Positions 21,354 to 29,358 of a stretch of DNA of 64,000 nt are shown in pieces. This DNA comes from Kiritimatiellia bacterium. Its GTDB lineage: Bacteria; Verrucomicrobiota; Kiritimatiellia; RFP12; UBA1067. Position 1 is the stretch's first letter. Each line of letters opens with the position of its first letter. The stretch spans positions 1,075-65,074 of the forward strand of contig JAZLJP010000145.1 of assembly GCA_045617985.1 (NCBI GenBank). The letters are read 5' to 3'. The notes beneath the pieces are model-generated. The model was given only the letters and a program-made list of their open reading frames with translations, was not told where the DNA came from and searched no databases. The translations under genes were made by a program, and so were the position numbers.

Positions 21354-22163
21354 ATGTCTAAACCTCTCACGATCGTCGTGTGCGGCTCGCTCGTGCCGGA
21401 TCCGCTCCAAACGCTCGAGCCCGTGGCCACGCCCCAGGGCCCCGGCCTCAAGAACGAACAGATGCTGCCGAGCGTGCTGGACCCCTGGGCCGCGTGCGCG
21501 CTCTACGAGGCGGCCTCGCTCGCAAAGAGCCGCCCCGGCTCGAAGGTGTACCTCGTTTCCCTCGGGCCGAAGGCGAAGCTCCAGCAGCTGATGATGACGG
21601 TGGCGCAGAAGGCGCCGTTCACGCTCGTGGCGGTGAATGCGCCCGCCGGCGGCTTTACCGATGCCGCGCTCACGGCCGCGGAGCTCGCGAAGGCGATCAA
21701 GGGCATCCCGGGGCTCGATCTCGCCTCGACCCTGCTCTTCGGCGGCTGCGCGAGCGCTTCGCGCGATGCGGGCGTCACGCTGCAGTTCGTCGCCGAGGCG
21801 CTCGGCATCACGGAAGCGTTCATGGCCGTTGACGAGCTGAAGCTTGCGGACGACGATTCGTTTACCGTGCTCGAGCGCATCGAGGGCGGCGAGTACCTCT
21901 CCTCCACCTGCCGCGGCTTCCCGGCCGCCATCGGCTGGGCCACGGGCAGCCTGCCCGAGCCGCCGAACAATCCGCAGGTCGGCATGATGAACATGCGCGG
22001 CGTGATGCCGGCGCTCATGAAGGCGCCGGTGGCGAACGTCGGTACGGGCGGCATTTCCTACGTGAAGACGGAGGTACCGAGTGTCAAGCGTGCCACGCGC
22101 ATCGTCAAGGACCTTTCGGCCGACGACATCGCGCGCGAGCTGGTGGACTGGATTCGAAGCTAA
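21354..22163 (+). CDS. etfB: Electron transfer flavoprotein beta-subunit-like protein
   Basis: MSKPLTIVVCGSLVPDP...LDPWAACALYEAASL...VYLVSLGPKAKLQQL follows the EtfB pattern. ATG 21354 is chosen within ORF 20949..22163, whose upstream part is Arg/Ser-rich overlap with valS. Confidence 0.75.
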   Translation: MSKPLTIVVCGSLVPDPLQTLEPVATPQGPGLKNEQMLPSVLDPWAACALYEAASLAKSRPGSKVYLVSLGPKAKLQQLMMTVAQKAPFTLVAVNAPAGGFTDAALTAAELAKAIKGIPGLDLASTLLFGGCASASRDAGVTLQFVAEALGITEAFMAVDELKLADDDSFTVLERIEGGEYLSSTCRGFPAAIGWATGSLPEPPNNPQVGMMNMRGVMPALMKAPVANVGTGGISYVKTEVPSVKRATRIVKDLSADDIARELVDWIRS

Positions 22164-22195
22164 CGGGGCTCAACCCGACATGCGAGGTTTGACTG

Positions 22196-23044
22196 ATGAA
22201 AGTGAAAGCATTTGCCGTTGAAGGCAACGGGATTTTCGCGGCGGACGTGCCGCTCTTCGCCGAAGCGATCAAGGGAGCCGCGGCCGACCTGATTCTCGTT
22301 CAGGGAACATCGCGCGCGAAGCGCTCCTTCCCCGCCGCGGCCTTCCGTGCCGGCGCCGCAATCGATACGAATGTCGTGGAAGTGACGGTCGAAGGTGACG
22401 CTGCCACGATCCAGCGCTGGGCCTACCGCCAGCGGATCCTCACCGCCTTTACGCGTACGGCGAAACCGTGGGTGGTTCTCACCGATCCCTCCCTCTTCGC
22501 CGCCCAATGCGAAAAGCTCGGCGTCGCCCCCGAAACCATCTCTGCGGCTTCGGCCTGTGCGGCCGCAGCGACGCGAACGACCCTCAACGGCGTGGTGGCG
22601 GCTGCAAACGGCGGCGCTTCCACGATCCGCCCCGATGCGCCGCTCCTCTTCGTGGCGGGCGCGGGTTGGACGAAGAAACAGGCCGATGGCGCCCTGCACC
22701 TCGACGAGGCGGCCGCCACGATCACCGGCTTCCTCGCGAAGAGCGGCGCCTCGCTCGGCTCCTCGAAGTCGCTTGTCGACATGCCCGAGGCCGCGCAGGC
22801 GTGTTCGTTCATGAGCCACATGAACCAGGTGGGCCAGACGGGCGCGACGCCGCGCCACGCGAAGGGCCTTTCAACCTGCTGCCACGGCGAAGAGCCGCAT
22901 GTGGTCGGGTGGCGCTTCATCGGCGAACGCCGGGTGGTCAATCTCGATGCGAATTGCGGTTGGGCGCAAGGCAAGGCCGACGTCCTCTATGTTGCGGACG
23001 CATTCGACGTGATGAAGAAGGTCAACGCGCTTTTGACGGTTTAA
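22196..23044 (+). CDS. etfA: Divergent electron transfer flavoprotein alpha-subunit-like protein
   Basis: The C-terminal half, LLFVAGAGW...GASLGSSKSLVD...QVGQTGATPRHAKGLSTCCHGEEPHVVG...VVNLDANCGWAQGKADVLYVAD, follows the EtfA FAD-domain pattern with several substitutions. It lies directly after the etfB-like gene. Confidence 0.65.
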   Translation: MKVKAFAVEGNGIFAADVPLFAEAIKGAAADLILVQGTSRAKRSFPAAAFRAGAAIDTNVVEVTVEGDAATIQRWAYRQRILTAFTRTAKPWVVLTDPSLFAAQCEKLGVAPETISAASACAAAATRTTLNGVVAAANGGASTIRPDAPLLFVAGAGWTKKQADGALHLDEAAATITGFLAKSGASLGSSKSLVDMPEAAQACSFMSHMNQVGQTGATPRHAKGLSTCCHGEEPHVVGWRFIGERRVVNLDANCGWAQGKADVLYVADAFDVMKKVNALLTV

Positions 23045-23066
23045 ACCTAAAGGGAAAAAGGATCAC

Positions 23067-25340
23067 ATGACGCGCTCGGCATTTCTTGGCGGTCTCATTG
23101 CTGCGGGCTTTTTCGGCCTGTTTGGGTGTACCACGAAACCGGAAACGCCGTCGGCGCCGCTCGGGGGGTCGCCCGAGGCCTGGGCGGCGATTTCGAACGG
23201 CGCGCCGGTGCGTACGGCCGTCTTCCTCGATCGCGGCGCGCGTTCGAACGGGGCCTTCCGCTGGCTTGAACTTTCGACTTCGGCCGAAGGGCTCGATGCG
23301 TTCCCCGTCGATGCGGAAATGATCCGCGCGGGCGCGCTCGATCGGGCGGATCTTGTCATCATGCCGGGCGGCTATTCGGTGACGGAGGCGAAGATGCTCG
23401 GCGCGGAAGGGCGCGAGAAGGTGCGTGCGTTCCTGCGGCGCGGCGGATCGTGGATCGGCACGTGCGCAGGCGCGTTCCTCGTGAGCCAGTCCTCGAAGTC
23501 GCATCCCGACATGCTGGATGTTCTCCCCTATACGAGCATCTTTGCGGGCGGCCGCGCGGAAATGATGATCGCCTTCAATGAAGAGGCCGAGAAGCTCTGC
23601 GGCATCAAGCCGAAGGCCTATCGCATCAAGTATTCGGGAGGGCCCGTTCTCGTGCCTTCGAATCGCGTGGACGGCGCCGATTTCAAGGTGATCGCCCGCT
23701 ACAACAGCGACATCAACGTGTTCGGGCCGAAGCCGCGCGAGACGATGGCCGGGAAGGCGGCGGTGATCGCCGGCACCTACGGCCGCGGCCGCGTGTGGGC
23801 GAGCGCCGTCCATCCCGAGGTGGACGTGGCGGACCATCACGTGCTCGAAGGCGCGTTCCGTTTCGTAACGGGTCGCCCGATCACATGGAACCTGCCGCGC
23901 CGCAAGCCCGGCCAGCTCGTCGTGGGCGTGTGTACCGACGATTCGCTCGGCGTCGCATTCGCCCGGAAGCTGCAGGAGCTCATCCGGGCGCGCACGTACG
24001 ATCTCATTCCGATTTGCGGGAGCGACACCAGGGAAGGTGCGCTGCGGCATCTCGATGTGCTTGTGGCGGCGGATGTCGCGGAGACGGGCCGGAACGGGTG
24101 CGTGGGCGCGAAGTTTTCAATCGCGGCGGTTAACGAATTCCGCGCGCGGGGCGGGGCGGTGCTCTCCTGGGGGAAGATGCGTCAGCTCCTTACGAAGAAG
24201 GGTGTGGGAAGCGAAGACGTAGGGAGCCTCGACGGCCTCCTGAGGCGCCTTGCCGCGCTTGCCGCCGAACCGGCCGAGGCGCCGAGCCGGATCGTGCCGA
24301 AGAAGAACGCCAATCCCGTCAAGGTGGCCGCCTACGTCGGCAAGGGCGGCTCCTGCTATCCGATTGCGGAAATGCTCGCCTTCTCGCCCGAATTCGAATT
24401 GAAGGTGGTGAGCCCGGAAGACGTGCAGGCGGGCGCGCTCGCGGGGGCGGATCTTCTCCTGCAGCCGGGCGGCGGCTGCAATTCGCAGATGCTCGCTTTG
24501 GGTGAAAAGGGCCAGGCGGAAGTGCGCGCGTTCGTGGAGGGGGGCGGCAAGTACTATGGCGTGTGTGCGGGCGCGTTTCTCGCCACGCAGTCGGAAGGCA
24601 ACTTCAAGCGGCTCGGGCTCGTTCCCTACAAGCACGATGGCGAGCATGTCTACCGCGGGTGGGCGCCCACGAACATCAAGTTCACGCCCGAGGGATGCGC
24701 GGCGCTGGGGCTTAAGACGAAAGAGCGGATGGTCCTCTACTGGGGCGGCCCCGTGATGGTGCCGGGCGCTCCCGTGCCCGATTCCGATGTGAAGGTGTTC
24801 GGCGCCTACGATGGCCGCATCGTCAATACCTGCCAGCCGAAACCCGTTGCGCCGATGAACGGCAAGGCGGCGTTCCTCGGCGGGCGCGTGGGGAAGGGCA
24901 AGGTGTTCGTGAGCGCGATCCACCCCGAAAAGAGCGAGCACACGTGCGACATCGTGCGCGGCGGCCTCAACTACCTCACGGGCCAGACGCCGCATCCGAT
25001 TGCGCGCAACCGCGCGCGCGGGGCGATGGCGGTGGCGATGAACCTCATCAGCGAAAAGCCGGTTGCCGAATTGATGCTCTCGACGCTCCTCCCCGACCGC
25101 CGGTTCGACTGGCGCATCCGCTATGACGCAACGTCCCTTCAGCATCTCGACGCGGTGGTGCTCCTGAAGGTGCGCCCTGAAGACGTGACGGCCGATTTGG
25201 AGGCGTTCGCGAAGGCGGGCGGCCGCGTGATTGCGGTGGTGGATACTCCCGAGGCTGAAAAGCTCGTCGCCCCGCTTGCAGGCGTAAAGAAGATCCCGTC
25301 GATCAACCAAGTGGTCGCGGCCCTTGTCGAGGGCAAGTGA
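23067..25340 (+). CDS. Lipoprotein with two tandem class-I glutamine-amidotransferase-like (BPL_N-type) domains
   Basis: The signal ends in LFGC (lipobox-like). There are two repeats of the block GG.(W/Y).G.CAGAFL (GGSWIGTCAGAFLVSQ and GGKYYGVCAGAFLATQ), each followed by RV(W/F)(A/V)SA(V/I)HPE. Confidence 0.75.
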   Translation: MTRSAFLGGLIAAGFFGLFGCTTKPETPSAPLGGSPEAWAAISNGAPVRTAVFLDRGARSNGAFRWLELSTSAEGLDAFPVDAEMIRAGALDRADLVIMPGGYSVTEAKMLGAEGREKVRAFLRRGGSWIGTCAGAFLVSQSSKSHPDMLDVLPYTSIFAGGRAEMMIAFNEEAEKLCGIKPKAYRIKYSGGPVLVPSNRVDGADFKVIARYNSDINVFGPKPRETMAGKAAVIAGTYGRGRVWASAVHPEVDVADHHVLEGAFRFVTGRPITWNLPRRKPGQLVVGVCTDDSLGVAFARKLQELIRARTYDLIPICGSDTREGALRHLDVLVAADVAETGRNGCVGAKFSIAAVNEFRARGGAVLSWGKMRQLLTKKGVGSEDVGSLDGLLRRLAALAAEPAEAPSRIVPKKNANPVKVAAYVGKGGSCYPIAEMLAFSPEFELKVVSPEDVQAGALAGADLLLQPGGGCNSQMLALGEKGQAEVRAFVEGGGKYYGVCAGAFLATQSEGNFKRLGLVPYKHDGEHVYRGWAPTNIKFTPEGCAALGLKTKERMVLYWGGPVMVPGAPVPDSDVKVFGAYDGRIVNTCQPKPVAPMNGKAAFLGGRVGKGKVFVSAIHPEKSEHTCDIVRGGLNYLTGQTPHPIARNRARGAMAVAMNLISEKPVAELMLSTLLPDRRFDWRIRYDATSLQHLDAVVLLKVRPEDVTADLEAFAKAGGRVIAVVDTPEAEKLVAPLAGVKKIPSINQVVAALVEGK

Positions 25341-25559
25341 TCGTCCCCTTTCGGGGCTTCTAACCCATTCACCGCGCTCTCCGCGTGAGGAAGATGTCTC
25401 ATGCGGAGAACGCCGAGAGCGCAGAGGGGGTTGGTCTGCCGGTTTATGCGTCACAGAAAAACGCGAAGATGATGCCAAGGATGTCGGTGAGACGCCCTAG
25501 TGTATGCGTTATCTGTATTTTTATGCCACACTTTGATCGTTAATTCAAATTTTTGATGG

Positions 25560-25705
25560 TTGGCGCAAGGTGTGCCTTCATGCGGGCGACGAGAGGCTGG
25601 TAGGCCTTTCGCCGTCCATGGTGCACGGTGCTGTCGTTCTGCAAATCGTGACTTCTATTCGGGGCGCACACCGACAGGTTCTTATGACAACTACGGCTAC
25701 CGCCT
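25560..25705 (+). pseudogene. 3' fragment of a formylglycine-generating-enzyme (SUMF1/FGE) family gene
   Basis: ...CCRSANRDFYSGRTPTGSYDNYGYRLALRP resembles the conserved C-terminal CRSA.R....P.......GFRLA tail of FGE-family proteins. No matching upstream domain is present, and it abuts the 3' end of the RAYT-like gene. Confidence 0.4.
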
Positions 25706-25709
25706 TGCC

Positions 25710-26816
25710 CTACGCCCGGTTTTGCGCCGCTTCGCAGAGCCGGGCCGCCATGTCGTTCATGGCGAGGCAGCGGGCGCGGAAGCCGGTTTCGAGATTGGCG
25801 ACGCCTTCGGGGAAGCCCGAGAGTATGAGCAACCGGTCGGCGGCGAGTTCGCGCGAATCTTCCGCCGACGGATCGTAGCGCGGCGGCAGCGCGTAGGGCA
25901 CCATCTTGATGAAGCGACAGCGCGGCTCGGCCTTGAGGCGGCGCAGCAGCTCCTTTTCACCGGGCGAGATGAAGCCCGAAACCATGATGTGGCCGCTGCG
26001 GGCCTTCTCCATCAGTTCGTCGATGGTCGCGGCGTGTTCCGCGACGGTCTTCTTGAGCGTGAGGCGCACATGGTAGAGAAAGGGCGAGGCGAGCAGCGTG
26101 GGGTCTCCCATGCCTTCCCAGCGGCGAGCCGGGTCGAGCGTGGGGTAGCGTAGATTGGTGAGGCGCAGGAAGCGCTCGGGGTGGCGAAGTTTCCAGAGCG
26201 CGCGCGCCGGGTTGAGCTTGATGTAGCGGCGAATGGCCTTGAGCTGGCGCGAGTCGAAGGAGAGTTCGAGGTAGCAGGAGCGGTCGAAGAGGGGTGGAAG
26301 GGACGGGGGCTCTGGCGCCCCCGAACCCCGCCCGTGGAGGTTGGCGGCTTTCTGTTCTGGCGCCCCCGAACCCCGCCCGTGGAGGTTGGCGGCTTTCTGT
26401 TCTGCCCCCGAACCCCGCCCGTGGAGGTTGGCGGCGTAGTTCCGGGCTTGGGCGATGGCTTTCGCGTACAGGGTGGCGAGCGGGGGTTCGGGGGCTTGCC
26501 CCCGTCCGTTCCACGCCATCTCGACGGCGTCGATCAGCCGGTGAGTCGCCCAGAGCGGGTTGAAGCGCGGGTCGATGGCGTAGTTGGCGATCAGCAGAAA
26601 ATGAACGTGGTCGGGCATGATCACGAAGTCGCTGATCGTCGCCGCCGGGAACGCGCCGTGAAAGGCAACAAGCGCTGCCTTTATCAACTCGCCGAACGGC
26701 AGCAGCTCGGGGCGATGCTTTTCGTCGATCAGTCGCGAGAGCAACTTGCGACGCCCGATCAGGGTGATCGTGATGAAGAAGAACTGCAAGCCGCTGTGAT
26801 GGTAGTCGAGTTTCAT
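25710..26816 (-). CDS. RAYT / IS200-like HUH (Y1) transposase-family protein with an internal repeat insertion and a ~170-aa C-terminal extension
   Basis: IMPDHVHFLLI (HUH motif) and AIRRYIKLNPARA (catalytic-Tyr motif). Between them the peptide (E)QKAANLHGRGSGAP is repeated about three times. The C-terminal region (IMVSGFISPGEKELL...LLILSGFPEG) is not part of the usual ~150-250-aa family. Confidence 0.75.
   Translation of the reverse strand: MKLDYHHSGLQFFFITITLIGRRKLLSRLIDEKHRPELLPFGELIKAALVAFHGAFPAATISDFVIMPDHVHFLLIANYAIDPRFNPLWATHRLIDAVEMAWNGRGQAPEPPLATLYAKAIAQARNYAANLHGRGSGAEQKAANLHGRGSGAPEQKAANLHGRGSGAPEPPSLPPLFDRSCYLELSFDSRQLKAIRRYIKLNPARALWKLRHPERFLRLTNLRYPTLDPARRWEGMGDPTLLASPFLYHVRLTLKKTVAEHAATIDELMEKARSGHIMVSGFISPGEKELLRRLKAEPRCRFIKMVPYALPPRYDPSAEDSRELAADRLLILSGFPEGVANLETGFRARCLAMNDMAARLCEAAQNRA
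26311..26436. repeat. 45-bp tandem repeat, about 2.8 copies, in frame inside the RAYT-like CDS
   Basis: The unit tctggcgcccccgaaccccgcccgtggaggttggcggctttctgt occurs at 26311-26355 and 26356-26400. A third copy starts at 26401 with a 3-bp deletion. Confidence 0.9.
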
Positions 26817-26899
26817 GGCGATAGTAGCGCCGAAAGGCGTGAACGCTGCGGCCGGGGCCTCTTTTGGCGGCGGTCAGAGCGGGTATTCGGAGGTCAGGT

Positions 26900-27145
26900 T
26901 CATGCGACCGCTTCGCACGGACTTGACGCAGCAAACTTCGTCTTCAATAATGACTCCTTCAACCCGTCGAAGTCGGCGATGTCGAGGAGAATCTTCGCGG
27001 CGCGTCCGTTCTGGGTGATGATGAGCGGGCGGTGGGTGCCCGTCGTGCGGGCGAAACAGCTGGAGAGCGTGCGGCGGAACTCGGTGAACGGGATGATGTC
27101 CTCCGAAAGGCGGATGTTTTCAAGCGGATTGCAGACGGTTTTCAT
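26900..27145 (-). CDS. Phd/YefM-family antitoxin, apparently orphan
   Basis: IIPFTEFRRTLSSCFARTTGTHRPLIITQNGRAAKILLDIADFDGLKESL fits the Phd/YefM N-terminal pattern. Its stop overlaps (ATGA, 26900-26903) a residual 9-codon ORF MNLTSEYPL* where a toxin gene would be expected. Confidence 0.65.
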   Translation of the reverse strand: MKTVCNPLENIRLSEDIIPFTEFRRTLSSCFARTTGTHRPLIITQNGRAAKILLDIADFDGLKESLLKTKFAASSPCEAVA

Positions 27146-27274
27146 GGCAGATGCTCCTCGTCATTGTGTTGCGTATAGTGTACGTTATTCGGAGCAGAAT
27201 GTCAAGGGGCGAAGCGGGCCTCGGACGCCAGAGCGCATCAGAGTAATTCACAATTTCCGGGGCGCATCGGGTTT

Positions 27275-27469
27275 TTCACCACGGAAAACGCGGAAACCCG
27301 CTTCGCGGGACACGGAAGGCCGTTTGAAAAATCACCCTTCGGGCCTGGTACTGGGCATCCTCTCGCCTTGCATGGATTTCGGGCTTCCGGCCGATGGATG
27401 TGCGAAGCGTAGATTTCAAATCGCCTTCCGCATCCGGCCGCATCCGGTTTCTGCGCTTTCCGTGGTGAA
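27275..27469. repeat. ~195-bp element bounded by 23-bp imperfect inverted repeats
   Basis: ttcaccacggaaaacgcggaaac (27275-27297) against gtttctgcgctttccgtggtgaa (27447-27469) gives 21 of 23 complementary positions. The interior contains the direct repeat ccgcatccgg twice. Confidence 0.55.
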
Positions 27470-27610
27470 CTCCCCCACCACTGCGCGCTAAGGTGTTGCC
27501 GCGAGCCTTGCGAGGCCGTAGTTCGAACAAGAGGAGATCGCGATGAATGACCCAGATGCTCCCCTTATGCCTGAAGTCTCAAAAATCATCGCTTAAGGGG
27601 GCGAGAAATT

Positions 27611-27619
27611 TGGTATAAT
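27611..27619 (+). promoter_or_regulatory. Extended -10 (TGgTATAAT) upstream of the frameshifted gene
   Basis: tggtataat lies 32 nt before ATG 27651. Confidence 0.4.
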
Positions 27620-27650
27620 ATGCGGCGTCCTCCGAGAAGGGAGAACCAGT

Positions 27651-28287
27651 ATGGAAAGCGAGGCGGGCGATGGCCGAACGAAAACTGAGAATCTACTCGA
27701 GACGTCCTTTTGGAGCTATCTGAACGGACGCCCCCTACTGGGCGGAGTGCAACGTGGGCGCCACCAAGCCGGAGGAGTATGGCTACTACTTCTGGTGGGG
27801 CGATACGGTGGGGTATAAGCGCAATGCCAGCAAGAATGGTTGGGTGTCGGTTGCGAACGGAGCGTCGTTCTCGTTCTTCTCCATTTGCCCGATAGACAAC
27901 ACGGACAAGGCCACCTTGCAGTCTCTGGGCTACATCGATTGGAAGGCGGAGCCGTGGAAGACCGTCGCGAAACCGTTCGCGAAGGCGCCTCAGCTCGTTC
28001 TCCCCGTGGCGGGCGGGCAGCCGGGCGAAATCGCGCTCAAGTTCGCGGCCTCGGGCGCGGTGACGGCGGCCGGCAGGTTCGTTCTCGGAACGGACGCGAA
28101 GGGGAAGGAGATCGTCCATTCGGCCTCTTGCGCGGCGGTGGTCGTGCCCGAGACCGAACCGAATGCCGGGGGCGCCTTCAAGGCGGTCGTCCATCTCTAT
28201 TTCGCGCCGAACGAGAAGAAGGGCTTTGCGGGGCATGTGCGCCTCGTGAAGCTCCGCTGGACGGGGACGGCCTTCGAGGTGGAGTGA
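27651..28287 (+). pseudogene. Frameshifted gene for a protein with the WAECNVGATKPEEYGYYFWWG motif; the C-terminal part resembles the module shared by the giant exoproteins
   Basis: ATG 27651 opens MESEAGDGRTKTENLLETSFWSYLNGRP. Removing one C from the C5 run at 27731-27735 fuses it in frame to YWAECNVGATKPEEYG... (ORF-track 27754..28287). As it stands the two parts are in different frames. Confidence 0.5.
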
Positions 28288-28398
28288 AACGGAGCGAGGC
28301 CGGGGGGGCGGAGGAGGTTCGGTAGGGGAGAATGGCCCCTGCCGAGGTGCCGTTCTCCCCGGCCCTCGAAAAAATCGCACCCATGATGGTTTGTTTTA

Positions 28399-28407
28399 TG
28401 TTATAAT
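28399..28407 (+). promoter_or_regulatory. Extended -10 (TGtTATAAT) upstream of the PPIase operon
   Basis: tgttataat lies 34 nt before ATG 28441, with RBS agagcaggaag. Confidence 0.45.
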
Positions 28408-28440
28408 ACTGGCTTTTGAACAAGAAAAGAGAGCAGGAAG

Positions 28441-29343
28441 ATGAAACAGGCATTTATCAATGGTGAGCCCATTCCCCGCGAAGCGGTGCAGTTCGAGTTG
28501 GATCGTCTGGTGCAGTTCTATGCCCAGCATGGCATGCGCAAGGAAGAGATTCAGGCGAATCTCGAGAAGCTCGCGGAGCGGGCGCAGGAACAGGCGATCG
28601 GCGCGCGGCTTCTCCTGAAGCGGGCGGAAGAGCTTGAAATCCCGGTGACCGATCCGGAACTCGATCGCGAAATCGAGAACGTGGTGCGTCAGGTGGGCGG
28701 GCGCGACAAGTTCGTGCAGATGCTCGCCGCGCAGAAGATGTCCGAAGACGACCTTCGCAAGAACATCTCGAAGGGCGTGCGCGTGAACAAGCTCGTGCAG
28801 CTCACGTGCAAGGAAGTGCCGGAGCCGGAGGAGGCGGACGTGGAGGCCTTCTACAAGGAACACGAGGCGGACTTCGTGGGCGAAGAGCAGGTTTTGGCGC
28901 AGCACATCCTCGTGAAGACCGAAGGCCTCGACGAGGCCGACAAGGCCCAGGCCCTCGAGAAGATCAACCGCATCCGCAAGCGCATCGTCAATGCGGGCGA
29001 CCTCGGCGAAATCGGCCAGGCGTTCTGCAACGAGGCGCGTGAGAACTCGGATTGCCCGAGCGCTCAGCAGGGCGGCTCGCTCGGCTGGTTCGGCCACGGG
29101 CAGATGGTGCCGGAATTCGACAAGGCGGCGTTTGCGCTCAAGTGCGGCGAGGTCTCCGAGGTGGTGGAAACGCAGTTCGGCTACCACATCATCCTCAAGA
29201 CGGATGAAAAGGCCGGCGGCAAGCAGGAGCTTGTGGACGTCGCGCCGCAGATCCGCGATCTCCTCCGCCACCAGGCGCGCGGCCGTGCGATGGATGCGTT
29301 CGTCGTGGAGCTTCGCGAGAAGGCGACGATCGAATACAAGTAA
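28441..29343 (+). CDS. Parvulin-type peptidyl-prolyl cis-trans isomerase (PpiC/PrsA-like)
   Basis: QVLAQHILVKTE...GGSLGWFGHGQMVPEFDKAAFALKCGEVSEVVETQFGYHIILKTDE is a canonical rotamase (parvulin) domain, preceded by a SurA-N-like helical region. Confidence 0.88.
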   Translation: MKQAFINGEPIPREAVQFELDRLVQFYAQHGMRKEEIQANLEKLAERAQEQAIGARLLLKRAEELEIPVTDPELDREIENVVRQVGGRDKFVQMLAAQKMSEDDLRKNISKGVRVNKLVQLTCKEVPEPEEADVEAFYKEHEADFVGEEQVLAQHILVKTEGLDEADKAQALEKINRIRKRIVNAGDLGEIGQAFCNEARENSDCPSAQQGGSLGWFGHGQMVPEFDKAAFALKCGEVSEVVETQFGYHIILKTDEKAGGKQELVDVAPQIRDLLRHQARGRAMDAFVVELREKATIEYK

Positions 29344-29358
29344 GGGCGAGGTGTGTTC

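Noticed and set aside
26311-26436. Possible CRISPR array (GC-rich ~45-bp repeats)
   Set aside because: The units are directly abutting with no unique spacers. There are only about 2.8 copies, they lie inside a CDS and stay in frame, and no cas genes are nearby.
26181-27491. 436-aa plus-strand ORF covering the RAYT repeat region and the antitoxin
   Set aside because: It reads the 45-bp repeats as RTPPVEVGGFLF repeats, has no motifs, and is antisense to two ORFs with family motifs (HUH/Y1 and Phd).
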